From Octopus vulgaris (lineage: Eukaryota): a stretch of 64,000 bases of DNA. Under the pieces are notes generated by a model, which was given only the letters and a program-made list of their open reading frames with translations, did not search any database and was not told the origin of the DNA. The stretch is taken from positions 65,968,001 to 66,032,000 of the forward strand of contig OX597824.1 of NCBI GenBank assembly GCA_951406725.2. The letters run 5' to 3'. This document shows positions 50,693 to 64,000 of the stretch, piece by piece. The first letter of the stretch is position 1. Each line of letters begins with the position of its first letter. Made by a program: the position numbers and the translations under genes.

Positions 50693-52879
50693 AAGCAACA
50701 AAAAAAAAAAGACCCAAACAATAAAAGAAAAATAACAAAACAAGAAGAAAACAAAAGCAGCACAGAAAATGGAGGTAGGGTCTTGTATAATGACACACCT
50801 TCTTCTCGACAAACCGTTGGTAGTTTCTGCGGTTTAAGGCAACTGAGATATATCAATGTTGATTTGGTGTTTATTTCTCTTGTACAACCAGGCTGAAAGT
50901 ACTTTTCTGTTAAAAGTTTGTTTCATTGAAAATTTAACCAGTTCGTAGGGGAGGGGAAGAACCTTTGAAAAGAGTGTGAGGGATTAACCTCAAAGGTTGA
51001 AGGCTTCCTTATTGAACTTCTTTCTCTTGCTGATATGTTGAGCAATGAAACTTTGATAAATCTTGTAGATAAGGAAAAAAAATACCAAAATCCTTGAAAG
51101 AAACTGAATAAAAAAAACTAAAATGGTATTGGGAAGTTAATTCTGGTCTGGATACATTCCTTTTATGCTTTATTTTTAATAGGTAAATGAAAGAAGAAGA
51201 GGGAAGACAGTTTTTGTTTTTAAATTTGATATGCTATATATATATATATATATATATAAATAAGGGCTAACAGTAGGATGTGATTGGTATAAGATATTGT
51301 TCTGAATGGTTTAGGGAGTGGAAGAAATTTTCAAGTGAGATGACCCTGTGGACATTCTTCCTGTTCTATAAAAGTAAATATAAGTCACTGTTGACATGTC
51401 ATGGTGGAAGTGGAATTTCACAGAGAAATACTTCTGTTTATTGCTTGGCTTTGTAGATGAGAATGGGGTAGAATACAAATCTTTGTATGTATATATATAT
51501 ATATATATATATATAATATGGGCAGCATGTTAAGCATACTTTAGATATAGCTGTATATGTTAAGTGTATATTTAGATGCAGCTGTTACTATAAAGGCATG
51601 TATGAAGGATTCCCAATTGCAATATGTTGTTTGAAGAAATGTTATCTTTATTTGATTGATTGTTTGGTGCAGTGTTTGAAAGAATGGATAAAAATTCAGT
51701 TTTGAAATATGTATTCTATTAAAGCTAAATTAAACGACAATTAATTTGTCATTTTGTGTGTGTGTGTGCATGCGTGCATTTATAAAAAAAAATTGGTTGA
51801 GTCATTAGAGCATTGATTAGATTGCTTATGTAATCCTTTTTGCTCTGAGTTCAAATCTTGCTGAGGTCAGCTTTATCTTTTATCCTTTCGGATTTGGGGT
51901 TGACTCTTTCTGTCTGTTTGTCCCTCTTTCTTGAAGAAACTAGTTGTAGTCAGATCTGGAAAGGAACGGGTTCCACAAAATCTAAAAATGCCCAGGACAC
52001 ACTGTATCATGATAGTGTCCCTGAGACTCCACCAAAGAGTTGAGGGCCCAAGGCAAGGCAAAGGAAACGTATGTGTGTGTATATATATATATGTGTGTGT
52101 GTGTGTGAGTGAAATGTGTGTGTATGTATATATATCATATACTGGGAGCCAGAAGTGATTCCTTTCCATATATGATTAAATATATTAATTTTTTTTAAAG
52201 TATTTTAGTTGGTTTTATCTGTTGTGGGTTTGGCTATATTTTGCCACTACTTAATCTGCTGTATGTTTTTGACTCTTGATCACCTAATTTCCTGCAGACT
52301 TTTGTCATTTTCATTTCTTGTCCTGAATTAAGGGAACGACTTGTTGGTTTTGTTGTTGATGGCTTACAAGGAATTAAGACTTAAGCTAGTTTTGAAAAAA
52401 AAAAAAAAAAAAAAAGAAAGAAAGAAAGCGAATTATAATCTTTTTAATTCTGTTAGTAAAGGAAAAAAGAAAAAAAACTATATAGAAATATATAACCAAG
52501 TTCTTCCCCATCACTGCCTTCAAAATAAGAAAAACATTTCCTTGTTAAATAGCAAGCTCAAACCAAGTAATTTTGCAATGGCTGTAAAATAGTATTTTTT
52601 TCTTATTTTCTCTTTCAAATCTTTTTGCATAATCTTATTCTAGATTAAGAATTGTATGAATTGTGTGTGTGTGTGTGTGGGGGGGTCAGAGCTGTTGAGT
52701 GCAAGGCATGCTAAGTTGAACTGAGTCTAATCTACAGCCCAGTTTTGATTCCCAACTTTAGCTATTTCACTAATACCTATTAACTTCAAGCATATCATTT
52801 TCTTCCTCTTTTTGATAAAGCCTTCTAGGTATCACTTTAGTGTGCAGTTTACCTGGCCATTTACACTAAAGCATGCAGT

Positions 52880-52943
52880 CTAACCCTAACCCTAACCTAA
52901 TCCTAGCCTTAAACCCTAACCTAACCCTAAACCCTGACCTAAA
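52880..52943. repeat. Degenerate (CCCTAA)n telomere-like tract within a short IR-bounded element (~52827-53008)
   Basis: CTAACCCTAACCCTAACCTAATCCTAGCC...; flanks ACTTTAGTGTG / CACACTAAAGT are inverted. Confidence 0.7.
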
Positions 52944-54522
52944 TCAGTTCATTTTACAATGTAAACTATGGATATTGTGGTAGACCACACACTAAAGTAG
53001 CACTACCTTGAGCCTTATATCAGAAGCTGTTGTTTTATTTTTTGCTAGGTTTTCGGAACTTTATGCTTTAATGTTATATAGAGATACTCTTGGTTTAGCG
53101 GCTTCATGTTTAATTTAATTCTGTTTGTTATATTATTGAAAATAATTAATAATTCTAATGAAAAATGATAATTAATATCAATATTTTACACATGCTAGTT
53201 TGAGACATAGTTGCTAAAATTTTTGAACAATTAAGTCTAATCTTATTGTGAGTTTTTAAGGTTTGTTCTTAGAAGGTCAGTTGTTGAAGTAAAGGGTTAT
53301 TTATCTGTAACCCTTACCTTCATTTTAACCCTAACCTGACCATGGGCTCTCATAGCTTTTATTCTTTATAATTTGTCTTGCTTATCCACATTTCAATTTT
53401 GTCTATAAAAATATCTGGATGTTTTCAAAAGAAAACTGCCCCTTATTATTACTATACTTAAAAATGCCATATTACTCTATAAACTGAAGTGATATGGCCC
53501 CTTTATAACTTTACAAACTATATTGAAACAGCTCCTTACTGTTCTGTAAATTGTTCTGGAATGCCTCTTCCTTGCATCATGAACCCAAGCATTATACTTA
53601 TATGGCATTTAATTACTTTGTAAACTATATTGAAAAGTATAGTTTGCAGTATATCTTATAAATCTGTTTTAACAGAACTCCTTATCACTCTGTAAAGTAA
53701 ACAGAAAAGGCTTCCTTAATGTTATGTATATTGTGTATTGAGCTACCTTAGCATATGTTTAGTATGTGTATTCTGTAAAGATGATGAAATATGAGAATAA
53801 CTGATGGGATGTTGAGATTTATTTCAGAAAGGCAATCTGTTATTGATCCACTGAATGTGACATGGATATTTTTTATTGTTTCATGATTTATAGTCAGGTA
53901 ACTATTACATTCATATTACGTGACAAAGAATATTTACTCTATACTTCATATTTAGGAGGGATTTCCAGACATTTTTTATAGAATTCTGTTTTTTAATTAT
54001 TTTCTTAAAAAATTTTAAAATGTAACTAGTTGAAATTGAGTCTTTAAATTGCCTCATTTCTTTTTTAATTTTAGAAATACACAGTGTTTTTCTCTCTCTC
54101 TCATTTTTTTTTTGTAGTCATTCTTCAAGTCATACTCATAGTATCATAACTGAATTGCAATGCAGGGACATGACTATCTCTTGTTTTATTGCAACCCCAA
54201 ACATTCCTAATTCATTGTTGGTTCATTTTTAAGAATTGGAAAAAAGAATATGTTGTACTTTGTTGGGTTTTCTCGAATGTTAGTTATGTTGGCTTTTGTA
54301 TTTGTCAGTCTACAACAAACCTTAAACTACTTCAAGCAATAACTTATCCCACAAATATAGGTGGCATGTAATTTTGGAAAAAAAAAAGCCTCGGGTTTGA
54401 CAAGAATAATAATACCAGTGCTGAATGACAAAAGAAATGGTATATTTCACTTTAAAAATGAGAAATGAAAAATTCATTAATCAAGGCTTACATCACATCA
54501 GCTTCTTATACATTGAAAAATG

Positions 54523-54703
54523 TATGGTCACTTTTGCCTCAGTTCAGTTGACCAAGTCCCTTGCTCTACAAAAATTGCCTTTGCGTACAGTTAAAAGAAA
54601 TCAAGTGACAAACCCCTTAAAGTAAAGAGCATGTACTGGTGTTTTTGTTGTGCTACCAGCACTAGTGATGTCACCAAACTCCATACCCCTCAACAGTGGA
54701 AAT
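54523..54703 (+). repeat. Circularly permuted identical copy of 56036-56142 + 55892-55965 with 9-bp flanking duplication
   Basis: Direct base-by-base comparison. AAATGTATG occurs at 54518-54526 and 54700-54708. Confidence 0.95.
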
Positions 54704-57126
54704 GTATGTTATGAATCAGAATTGTTTCTAAATTATATTTTTAATGGCATAAAAATGTAGTGGAGAAGCAGAAATGGTAGAGTGCTGGACTAAATGCCTT
54801 GCTGTATTTTGTCTCATCCCTCTACATTCTGTGTACAAATCTCATAGGGTGGGTTTCAACCTTTCCTTTCTTCCCTCCAGATCCAACTAAGTTATATAGT
54901 TGCTCGACTCGGTTGACTATACCTCTTACCCTACATATCTGTGTAGTCTTTTGCTATTAATATATCTTTATTATTCTATTGAAACTAAATCTTCAACAGA
55001 TTAGATATAGATTTAGGTCATAATTGTCATGAATTACATTGAACTGAGTCAATAGAATGTTAAAATACTTGTTGAAAAAAGAGTTAATAGTCATTGTTAT
55101 TTAACTCCAGGTTCAATCAGAATGAGCAGACCTACGATTAAAAGCGTTTGGATAAAGACCATCCCATTTTTGTTGTGATATCACTCTATGTTGTTTATGG
55201 CAAATATATTCATCTCTTAATATTCAAGGAACCTAGCCATAAATGTGTGATTTGAGGTGGTACAGCTTACTTCTACAAACAGCAGGAGCACAAAAAAATA
55301 CTGAGTTCAAACTGTCTTATGGTTATAGATTCAAGAAAGAAGGAGAGAATAAATTGCATTCTTTAGTCTGATTTGCTTGCTTCTTTGATACACTATACAA
55401 AGATATGATCTAAAACAGTGGTGTCACAACATTCAAATGTGTTTACAGGACACTCTGTTGGCTATGGTTAGTATTAGACAAGGCGTATGACAATTCCAGA
55501 ATTACACTATACACTATTGCCTCGTTGCAGGACATTCAATGTTGTAACACCATGTTAGCTTGAAAAAGGAAAACCTGTTGAATTAAATGATGATGATGAT
55601 AATGGTGATCATGTTATTGTATGTTTATTGTGAAATCAAATTCATGATCAAGTCTTGATTCCTGGTTTGAACTGCTTCATTCTTATGCCTGTTCTAATTA
55701 TTCTTTTCCTTTCCTTATAAAATACTGAGTGTTGAAATTTACATATCTCTCCTTTTTCATCATCATTAGAAATTCATGTGTTGGATAGTTTGATAGGATC
55801 CAATAGGTCCAAGGACTGTATTGTGCTCCAGTGTCTGCCTTGGCCTGGTTTCTATGGCTTGATGCCCTTCCTAATATCAACCACTTTACAGCATGTACTG
55901 GTGTTTTTGTTGTGCTACCAGCACTAGTGATGTCACCAAACTCCATACCCCTCAACAGTGGAAATTGTCCAGCCTAACAAGAGCAACAAGCTTTATTTAA
56001 TATTGTGTGTCATTGTTCTAGCTTTATATTCCACCTATGGTCACTTTTGCCTCAGTTCAGTTGACCAAGTCCCTTGCTCTACAAAAATTGCCTTTGCGTA
56101 CAGTTAAAAGAAATCAAGTGACAAACCCCTTAAAGTAAAGAGGTAAATTTCCAGTAAACTTAGTCTGCAAACCTAGTTTGGTTTTGATTCTTAATTGTCA
56201 TCTAACCATCCCTAAAATATAGGGCTTTTGTGCCTAGTGAGAATTGGTAAAAAGCATTAGAAAGAATAATTATGTTGATTGATTTTCTTCTTGCTTTTAT
56301 AAATATCCTTTCTTTCTGATAACTCTTTCATTTTAATGAACAGATTACTTGTGCTTCAATCTGATTTTCAGTATAATCAAAATTTTGGAGGAGTTTAAGT
56401 AACCTCGGCAACATTATATATTGTTATATGTTATGCTAATGTTGACCAACTCAAATTTCCTTATATTCAAATTATAAAACTTGGATTGAGATTTCAGTTT
56501 TAATATGGTTATTTTAGTATGGATGGTCTCAAGTGGATTGGTGTTAATAGGGTTAATATCATTACTTTGATTCCAGTCATGTTGTTTATATATGAGTTGT
56601 TTCTAAAAACAAAAAAGAAAGAAAAAACTTGGCTGTTATTGAATATGCATTGTTTCTACAACCTGACTCAGATTTCTGAATGCCTTCAAGTTTCTTGATG
56701 TCTTGGTTTTTATTAAATCAGCTTTAAACACTATCCACTCTCTCTTTCCCTTGTCCTCACACATGCATCCCTTTGTTTCAGTCTCTGATTTTGAAAACCA
56801 TTTTATCACTTTTAGCCTCTTAGCTATCAGATTGGGCAGTGTGACTGTTTAGAGAGAGACATACATTTATATTTTCTGCTGTAGTCTACCATCAGTATTG
56901 GTTATTATATAGAATCATGATGTAGCTATTGAAAAGCCAAGACTTTTAATCTCCCAGTGATCATTGGTGTGTATGTATGCATGCAAGTATGTGTATGTAT
57001 ACAAGTATTGAAATCAACACATGTAAACATTAATTCATGTGTGTGTCTGTATTTTATGTGTGTGCATGTGTGTTTGGCTTTCTCAAACAAGAAATTCTAA
57101 ATAAGCTTTGCAATTGACAAAAAAAA

Positions 57127-57154
57127 AATAAATAAAAATATAAAAATAAATAAA
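57127..57154 (+). terminator. Cluster of AATAAA polyadenylation signals, candidate distal AFTPH 3' end
   Basis: AATAAA at 57127, 57131, 57145 and 57149, followed by T-rich sequence. Confidence 0.4.
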
Positions 57155-58789
57155 GCTTGCTATTTATTGGCATGCCAGTCTTTATTTCAAAGCCAAATAA
57201 TATAAGAGTGGATGTATATAGCTTGTTTATAGGATTTGGTTGAAATTCTAAATAGAGAGTGAACTTCTCCTCCCCCATGGTCATCAAGTGCCTTTATGGA
57301 TTTTCTTCATTTCAATGATTAATGCCAGTAAGTAGAAGCAGCAGTCTTTTCTCTACGCAAGGAAACATTAGCTTTAGGCTTTCTACTCATCTATATTGAT
57401 TGGTTGATTAGAACAATAAAAAAAAAACTCTATGTTCCTATTGAGCTCACTTTCTCATTCATCTGAACTTAGCTTTGGGCAAGGCAAGATGGTCTGGGCA
57501 GAGATCAGTTTGGGGAAGGCAAAAACAGTCAGGGCAGAGAGCAGTTTAAAATTTATTCAAAACAGATTTGAAAACTTCAATAATAATCAGATTTAAGTTA
57601 TTATTCTTTCTTTCATTGGGAGGAAGAAAAATTTTTTAAAACTCCCCCAAAACATGTTTTTTTTTCATCTGTAAAATTTGTTTTAATAAAACGGTTTTTG
57701 TTGGCTACACTTTAAATCTTTTTAATTGAAAAAAAAAAAAAAAAGCTCAATCTCCATCAGGTGCTCATGCATTATCAGTATGACTTCAGAACTTCAGAAC
57801 ATTCTACCAACATTGCTACAAAGAACAATTTTCTAAGAGAAATTTGGCAATCCTTGTGAAATATTTTTAATGTCAAGAATACTTTATTCAAACTTGTTTT
57901 CTTTTTATCCATCACCTCTGTTTGATGTTATGCTATATAAGAACATTTTTTCCTAGTTGAAAAACTGTTGAGACATGAGTTTTTCACGTAGGGAAATAAA
58001 CTTAGTTCTTGTTGAATGAGAACAAGCCAGCCAGTTGCAGCTGGATATAGACAATAATCTCTGTAGATATTATCTATATCCAGAAGTCAAGAGGTAAGGG
58101 GAAAATAAACTGTTTCAACTAGAAATTGCACCTATGTTACAGACATATATCAAAACAGACCAATGAAAAAGTCCTCTGTATCACACTGCATGCTAGAAAT
58201 AGTAGTAACATCTCCTTCAAATTATACCCTATCAGCTGAAAAAACAGTGAAAATGAACATATTGGATAATGTAGTCCTAGCTATACTGTATGAAAGAAAG
58301 ATAGGATTTTTATAGACAGAACACTTTCAATTATAAGTCACCGCAAGAACAACAGCACTTTGAACCTTTTCAAGGACTTTGAGGAAGGAAAGAAGTTATC
58401 CATAGATGAGAGATCTAACTTAAATACTTGCAACAATGTAAGATAAGGCTGAGACGTTCTTAACTTAGGCATGGGATACCTTTTACGAGAAGCAGGCTGC
58501 ATGAGACATGGCTCATCATCATGTGGGCCACACTATTAAAAAAAAATTAAAGGTAATTATATTTTGTTGGTGTGCCATTCAGAAAATCCTATAGGCTGCA
58601 GTTTGCTCATGACTATTTTAAATAGATTAAGTTTACTTCTCAATTAAAGCTGATCAGGAGCTGAACAACAACTTGTGAACTGCAACACTGTAGAAAACAA
58701 ATTATGTAAGGGGCTTTTTTTTTTAATGCAACAAATTTTTACTTTTCTCAATGTTTATATTCTTCACCAAAAGATATACACATATCTAC

Positions 58790-58820
<31 letters not shown>

Positions 58821-58969
58821 GTGTTTGTGTGTGTATAGTTAAATGGATGACTGCTGGTGTTGTGTTTAGAGCTCCATCCAGTCTATTTCCAAACAAGTTT
58901 ATATCATTTGTTCCTATGTATGTTAAATCATTTTTTAAAACCTTTGCATTAGATGTCCCCAATGATCCA

Positions 58970-59515
58970 TTGTAATTAATGTAATTAACTGGCTCCCTCC
59001 CCCAAATTTCAGGCCTTGTGCCTATTTTGGAAAGAATCATATTATTGTCACCCCATTAGTAAGTTAGCTTATGCATTATCCTCTCTTGGGAAGTTATCAC
59101 TAAAAATTGGGCTTATTATTGAGGTGATGAGCTGGCAGAATCATTAGCATTGCCAGACAAAATACTTAGCTGTATTTCTTCTGGCTCTTTATATTCTGGG
59201 TTCAAATGCAGCTGAGGTCAACTTTGCCTTTCATTCTTTTGGGGTTGATAAAATATGTACCAGACAGATACTAAGTTGATGCAATAGATTTGCTCCCTCT
59301 GGCTAAAATTGCTGACCTTGTGCCAAAATTTAAAATTTCTACTACTACTAAGGTGGTAGTATCATTAATACACCAAACAAAATGCTTAGCCTTTCATTCT
59401 TTTGGGGTCAATGAAATTACCAGTCGAGTGTAAGGGGTTGATGTAATCAACTAGCCTCCTCCGCCAAAATGTCAGGCCCTTGTACCTGTAGTAGAAAGAA
59501 CTACTACTGCTACTA
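58970..59515 (+). mobile_element. MetaSINE-like tandem copies
   Basis: Same head, core and tail as 20402-20632. Confidence 0.75.
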
Positions 59516-60022
59516 TAGAAAGAGAAGTGCGTTGACAGAATTTTTAGAACCCTGCAGTATTTATTTCAGCTCTTTATATTCTAACCCATGCTATCATGGA
59601 GAAGTGGACAGTAGTTTGATTGCTGATTTAGAGTGTCCCTTTGAACAAAATACCTTGTTTTTGAACAAAATACTTTATAGTCCAAGTTCAAATCCTTCAA
59701 TGAAACCAAATACAATATCGAACCAAATATCCATCAAGCTTGGGACCGGAAGTGACCTGGATTTTCTGGAATCTGGAGGCAGCTTTTACATATATACTTA
59801 GAATATAAAATAAACTTTGAAAAATAATGAACTAAATTGTATTTAACGGATTCAAATTAATACATGTCTAAAACAGGGTTTGTTTGATATTTATTAATCC
59901 ATTTAAACTTCTTAAAATATATCATACTGCACCATATATACAGTATAAGGTTGTTGGATAAAAATTAAACGAAGAAAAGTAAAGAACCTTTTTTCCTATT
60001 TAACAGATATAGATACAATTTA

Positions 60023-60366
60023 ATCTCTCTTTATATAAAGCTGAAGCTGTCTGTGTATGGCAGGTTTAACAGCCTTCAACTAACACTATCTCCTCCGAGA
60101 TCCTGCGGCACAAGTTGACCAAAATTCAAATCGGACCATGTTAACACCAAAAATTATTTACATCAAAAAGGTGCTTTTTTTCTATGAAAATCCCTATTTT
60201 TAAAATTTTTTTACTGCTGTGTTGTCATTTTTCGGTGTATTTCAACCAGAAAAATGTTGACTTAAAGAGAAAAACAAGCTACATAATGCAAAATTTTTAC
60301 TTTCCAAAAATTCCAATTCTAAAGGGTTGAAATAAACCCGAGCAATGCCAGGCGATACTGCTAGTA
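60023..60366 (-). mobile_element. Helentron/DINE-1-like element
   Basis: Minus strand starts TACTAGCAGTATCGCCTGGCATTGCTCGGGTTT and ends TTTATATAAAGAGAGAT. Confidence 0.6.
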
Positions 60367-62866
60367 TGCTTCTAAAGCAGAGTGTATTTAATTTTTAACA
60401 ATCCACATAAAAAAGTAAAGAACAAAACTAGTTTAACACACTGTATGCAAATTAACTATCTTCACAAACAAGGTCTATTTACAAAATATAGGGTACAATA
60501 TATTGCATGATATTACACAGTATTCCTGGAAATTCTAGATTTCTGGAAGATAGATAAGAGATTTGGTACTGTGCCAATTATGTACTGGGTTTGATTTGAT
60601 TGTTCCTTGCCCCCAACCTTGTCCTTAAAAAAGAAATGGTCTTGTGTGTATGCTAGAAACTCATCATCATTATTATAAAAGAAACATTACAGTTATGGAC
60701 TACATGGGTTGCAGTATTCAGTTATGTATCTTTACATTGTGAGTGAAAATCATCTGGAATTGATTTGTTTTATCATACCACAGGAAGAAGAAAAAGAACC
60801 AGTATTGGCATCAATTCAGTTGACTTGTGTATCACTTCTTTACAAACTTGTGGCTTTATGCCAAATTTGGGGAATTTTATCTAATTCAATGAATGTTTAA
60901 AACATTAAAAATATCTATTTACTTATTAAAACCAAATCAAATTGCCCAAGTTATTTCCACTATAAAGAGATGTTTTTATGAACCCCATTTGTTTTCATAT
61001 TTCTGTTGAAATACCCTGCCATTGTTTTAATCAATTTTGAAAATAATGAATAATTTAATAAAATAATTTTGTCATTACTGAGCTGGTATTTGGAACACAA
61101 ATTAACATGAAATTTTTAAGGAAGGTTTTTATTTAGATCAATTTAAAGCAGGAAGTGGCAGAGTGATTTCATGAGAGTTAATACAAATCTCGCTTTTGAC
61201 ACATGTGGACTGACAAAATTTAGAGAATGCTGGACAAAATATCTTGCAGTGTTTAGTAGTGCCACTTTATACTCTATGTTCAACTCTATCTTTTAGTCAA
61301 ACACTGGGACTACTATAATCAACTGTTCCATGCCCCAAACGTGTAGTCCTGTGTCTATGCTCAAAACCACCAGAAGCCAGTAATGAGAGCTTAGGCTGAA
61401 AGGCAGAACTAGCTGATGTGAATACTGGAGCAGCTTCTTGTTGCTTTTTTCAGTACTGTAATAAGTAAGCTAATTAAACATTTGTTAATTTACAGTAACT
61501 CTGCTTCTCACAGCTTCAAAAATTGGTATCTTTTTACTGCAATCTGGACCAAGTTATAGATACCATGCAGTGTCTGTGGCAGGATATGGAGTAGTGAGCC
61601 TTCAGCTAGCAGTCCAATTGTCTAAACTATTTGCAATTCAATGGACAACACTGTAGAGTTATTTCCCCTGGTTCTCATTCCATAGACTAATGCGGAATTA
61701 GAAGCTATTCTAGTTAGAAATGAACATGAATAATCCGTGGCTCAGTAGGGTCTTTATAGCACATTAAACTAATATTAATTGAACCCTTTAGCATTTAATC
61801 TAGCCATAATCAGCCCAAATATTCTGCCTGTTTTATTTTAAAACCTACCTTATAACGTCATTCTAAAAATATACAAACACATCTTTGATATCTTGAAGCT
61901 ACAAGTGTAATCAATTCAAAACAATATAAATAAGAAATACATTCGACAAAAGTGCTTTCTCTCAATAAATTTTCCAATCCTGTTAGAAACCAGAAATTTT
62001 GATGAAATGCAGTCAATCCAGTGTAAAAACCGTGAAGATAGCTATTGCATGATTTTTCAATGACAGTTGGTGAACATTATAAGTTTGGGCTTTTCCTATT
62101 GTTGTAATTTTTACCTATTGTCACATCATTTTCACCTGCCCAGGTAAGTTGATTTTCACATATTTACAAGTTATTGATTTCTAGGTGTTGATTTCCTGTC
62201 ATAGAGCTTAATTTGTGCTCTAGTAATCTCTAACTTGGACGCTGCACAACTCTCATTAAAAAAACATTCCAGGATAGGCCTACATTATAAATTAGTGTTA
62301 TTTACTCTCATCACAATAATAAACCTACCATTATATCAATAAAGTAATGTTCTTTTTAATCCTCACCATTTACTAGTAAAAGCATCAATGCACTCCTTCA
62401 TAAATAAATCTCTATAAATTTCATGCTGACGTGTACAGAAGATACTGAAATGTTACTGATTATTTTTTCCAAGTCTAAGCTCTTTCCCTCAAATACTATT
62501 TAAATCATTAATGAATAATATTACCAAGCTTTAACTCAATGTTTGAGGCATTATTTGCCATGATGTTAAAAAATTAAAGGAAAAATACCCATACATTTAC
62601 TTAATAAACTGCAACAGTTGCTGTTAATTATGAACAAGACTTTAAAGGTTTACATAGAAAAACTGAGATCAAATGAAAAGAAAGTCTTGATGATAATTTT
62701 GCAAATTCATTATTTCCTTTTATTGATTACGAATATCAAATAATATATATTAATATGGTTGTAATATAAATATATATATATATATTTTTTTTTTAAATTA
62801 GCATGTTCTTGAATAATCAGGAAGGAATTGTCAGCAGTGAGGGTATCATCTGTTTGGCTCCATTCA

Positions 62867-62929
62867 TCACCCAGCTTCTTGTTTACATTTATCAACAACA
62901 GAAACTGGTGGCAATATTTTTTTGAAATC
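62867..62929 (-). CDS. Possible terminal exon of an unidentified convergent gene (DFKKILPPVSVVDKCKQEAG* if phase 0)
   Basis: Minus-strand acceptor tttctctctaactgtAG, non-repetitive GC-richer body, TGA. No homology recognised. Confidence 0.3.
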   Translation of the reverse strand, partial: DFKKILPPVSVVDKCKQEAG

Positions 62930-63119
62930 CTACAGTTAGAGAGAAATTGCTATTAACAGATTTGACTTGCTGAAATTTTAAAATTTACAGAGGGTGCGTG
63001 TATGCATGCAAGTGGGTGTATGAAGGTATGTGTTATGCATGATGTTTCTGAGTTTTGACCATTAGTGAAGCTCTTAATCATTCAGGATACTCACATTTGG
63101 GTAACATGACCTCTGGATA

Positions 63120-63352
63120 TGATGATCATCATCATCACCATCATTTAACGTTTGTTTCCCATACTGGCATGAGTTGGACAGTTTAACAAGGGGCTGGCAA
63201 GCTGGAGAGCTGCACCAAGTTCCAAATTTCTGTTTTGGCATGATTCCTGTGGCTTGATGCCCTGCCTAATGCCAACCACTTTACAGAGTGTATTTTTACA
63301 TAATGCCAGCACAAGTGCTCTTTATGTGGTACCAGCACAGGTGCTTTTTACA
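63120..63352 (-). mobile_element. RTE 3'-end-derived short element
   Basis: (CAT)n TTAACG...CCATACTGGCATG...GATGCCCTGCCTAATGCCAACCAC is the reverse complement of the 40110-40458 family. Confidence 0.75.
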
Positions 63353-64000
63353 TCCATTCTTAGCAATATTTAATCAATTACATATAACAAACAAAACATG
63401 GATTTTATAAGCAGACACTTCCACCACATCGTTCCTATGAATATGTTTGCTTGCATATATGCACATCAGTGTATGTGTGTGTGTTATTGTCAGACCTCAA
63501 GGGACACTCTACTAAATCATCAATCAAACTACTGTCCACTGTATTGTTTTACAGGCATATGCTCTTGTCACTGACACTCATTTCTCATGACCTCTTATTG
63601 ACAAGGATAATGACAGCATCACTGATTCTAACGAGAATTTCAAGGAAGAGCAGATGTAAATAAGCATGCAGATACATGCATGAGCACACACACACACACA
63701 CACACACACACAATGGCCTTCTTTTCAGTGTCCATCTACCAAATCCACTTACAAGGCTTTGGTTAACCCAGGGCTATAGTAGAAGACAATTGTCCAATAT
63801 ATTACACAGTAGGACAAAACTTGAAACCACATCTTTGGGAATCATAAAGCCATCCATCCTAAAAGAAAAGACATTAGATAATATGATCCTAGATAAACTG
63901 TATCTGGAAACATAAAGGATGAATATCCATGGATGGAATGCTTTTTAGTCATAGATCTGCTTGATCAGAGTTCAACTGGGACTAAACCACAAGACAGGAG

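Overview
This is AT-rich, microsatellite- and SINE-dense eukaryotic DNA; the repeat content suggests an octopod cephalopod (inference). Most of the window is intron and 3' UTR of a + strand aftiphilin (AFTPH) gene. Three C-terminal coding exons join in frame: 22956-23019, 37148-37228 and 50466-50692. There is also a strong 15-nt microexon candidate at 44067-44081 and weaker alternative-exon candidates. Mobile DNA includes a decayed RTE LINE with a PHD-type finger inside its RT, a CR1/L2-like LINE end, DD36E and DD37D Tc1/mariner elements, Helentron-like elements, piggyBac- and hAT-type MITEs, and several SINE families. Two findings stand out. First, a recent 181-bp insertion in the probable 3' UTR (54523-54703) is a circularly permuted, identical copy of a nearby segment, joined exactly at a donor-to-upstream-acceptor (back-splice-like) junction and flanked by a 9-bp duplication. 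Second, Penelope-type minimal hammerhead ribozyme folds with a C3U core lie inside palindromic elements at 524-583, 936-1019 and 1116-1199. Nearly all ORFs in the supplied track are spurious or transposon-derived.
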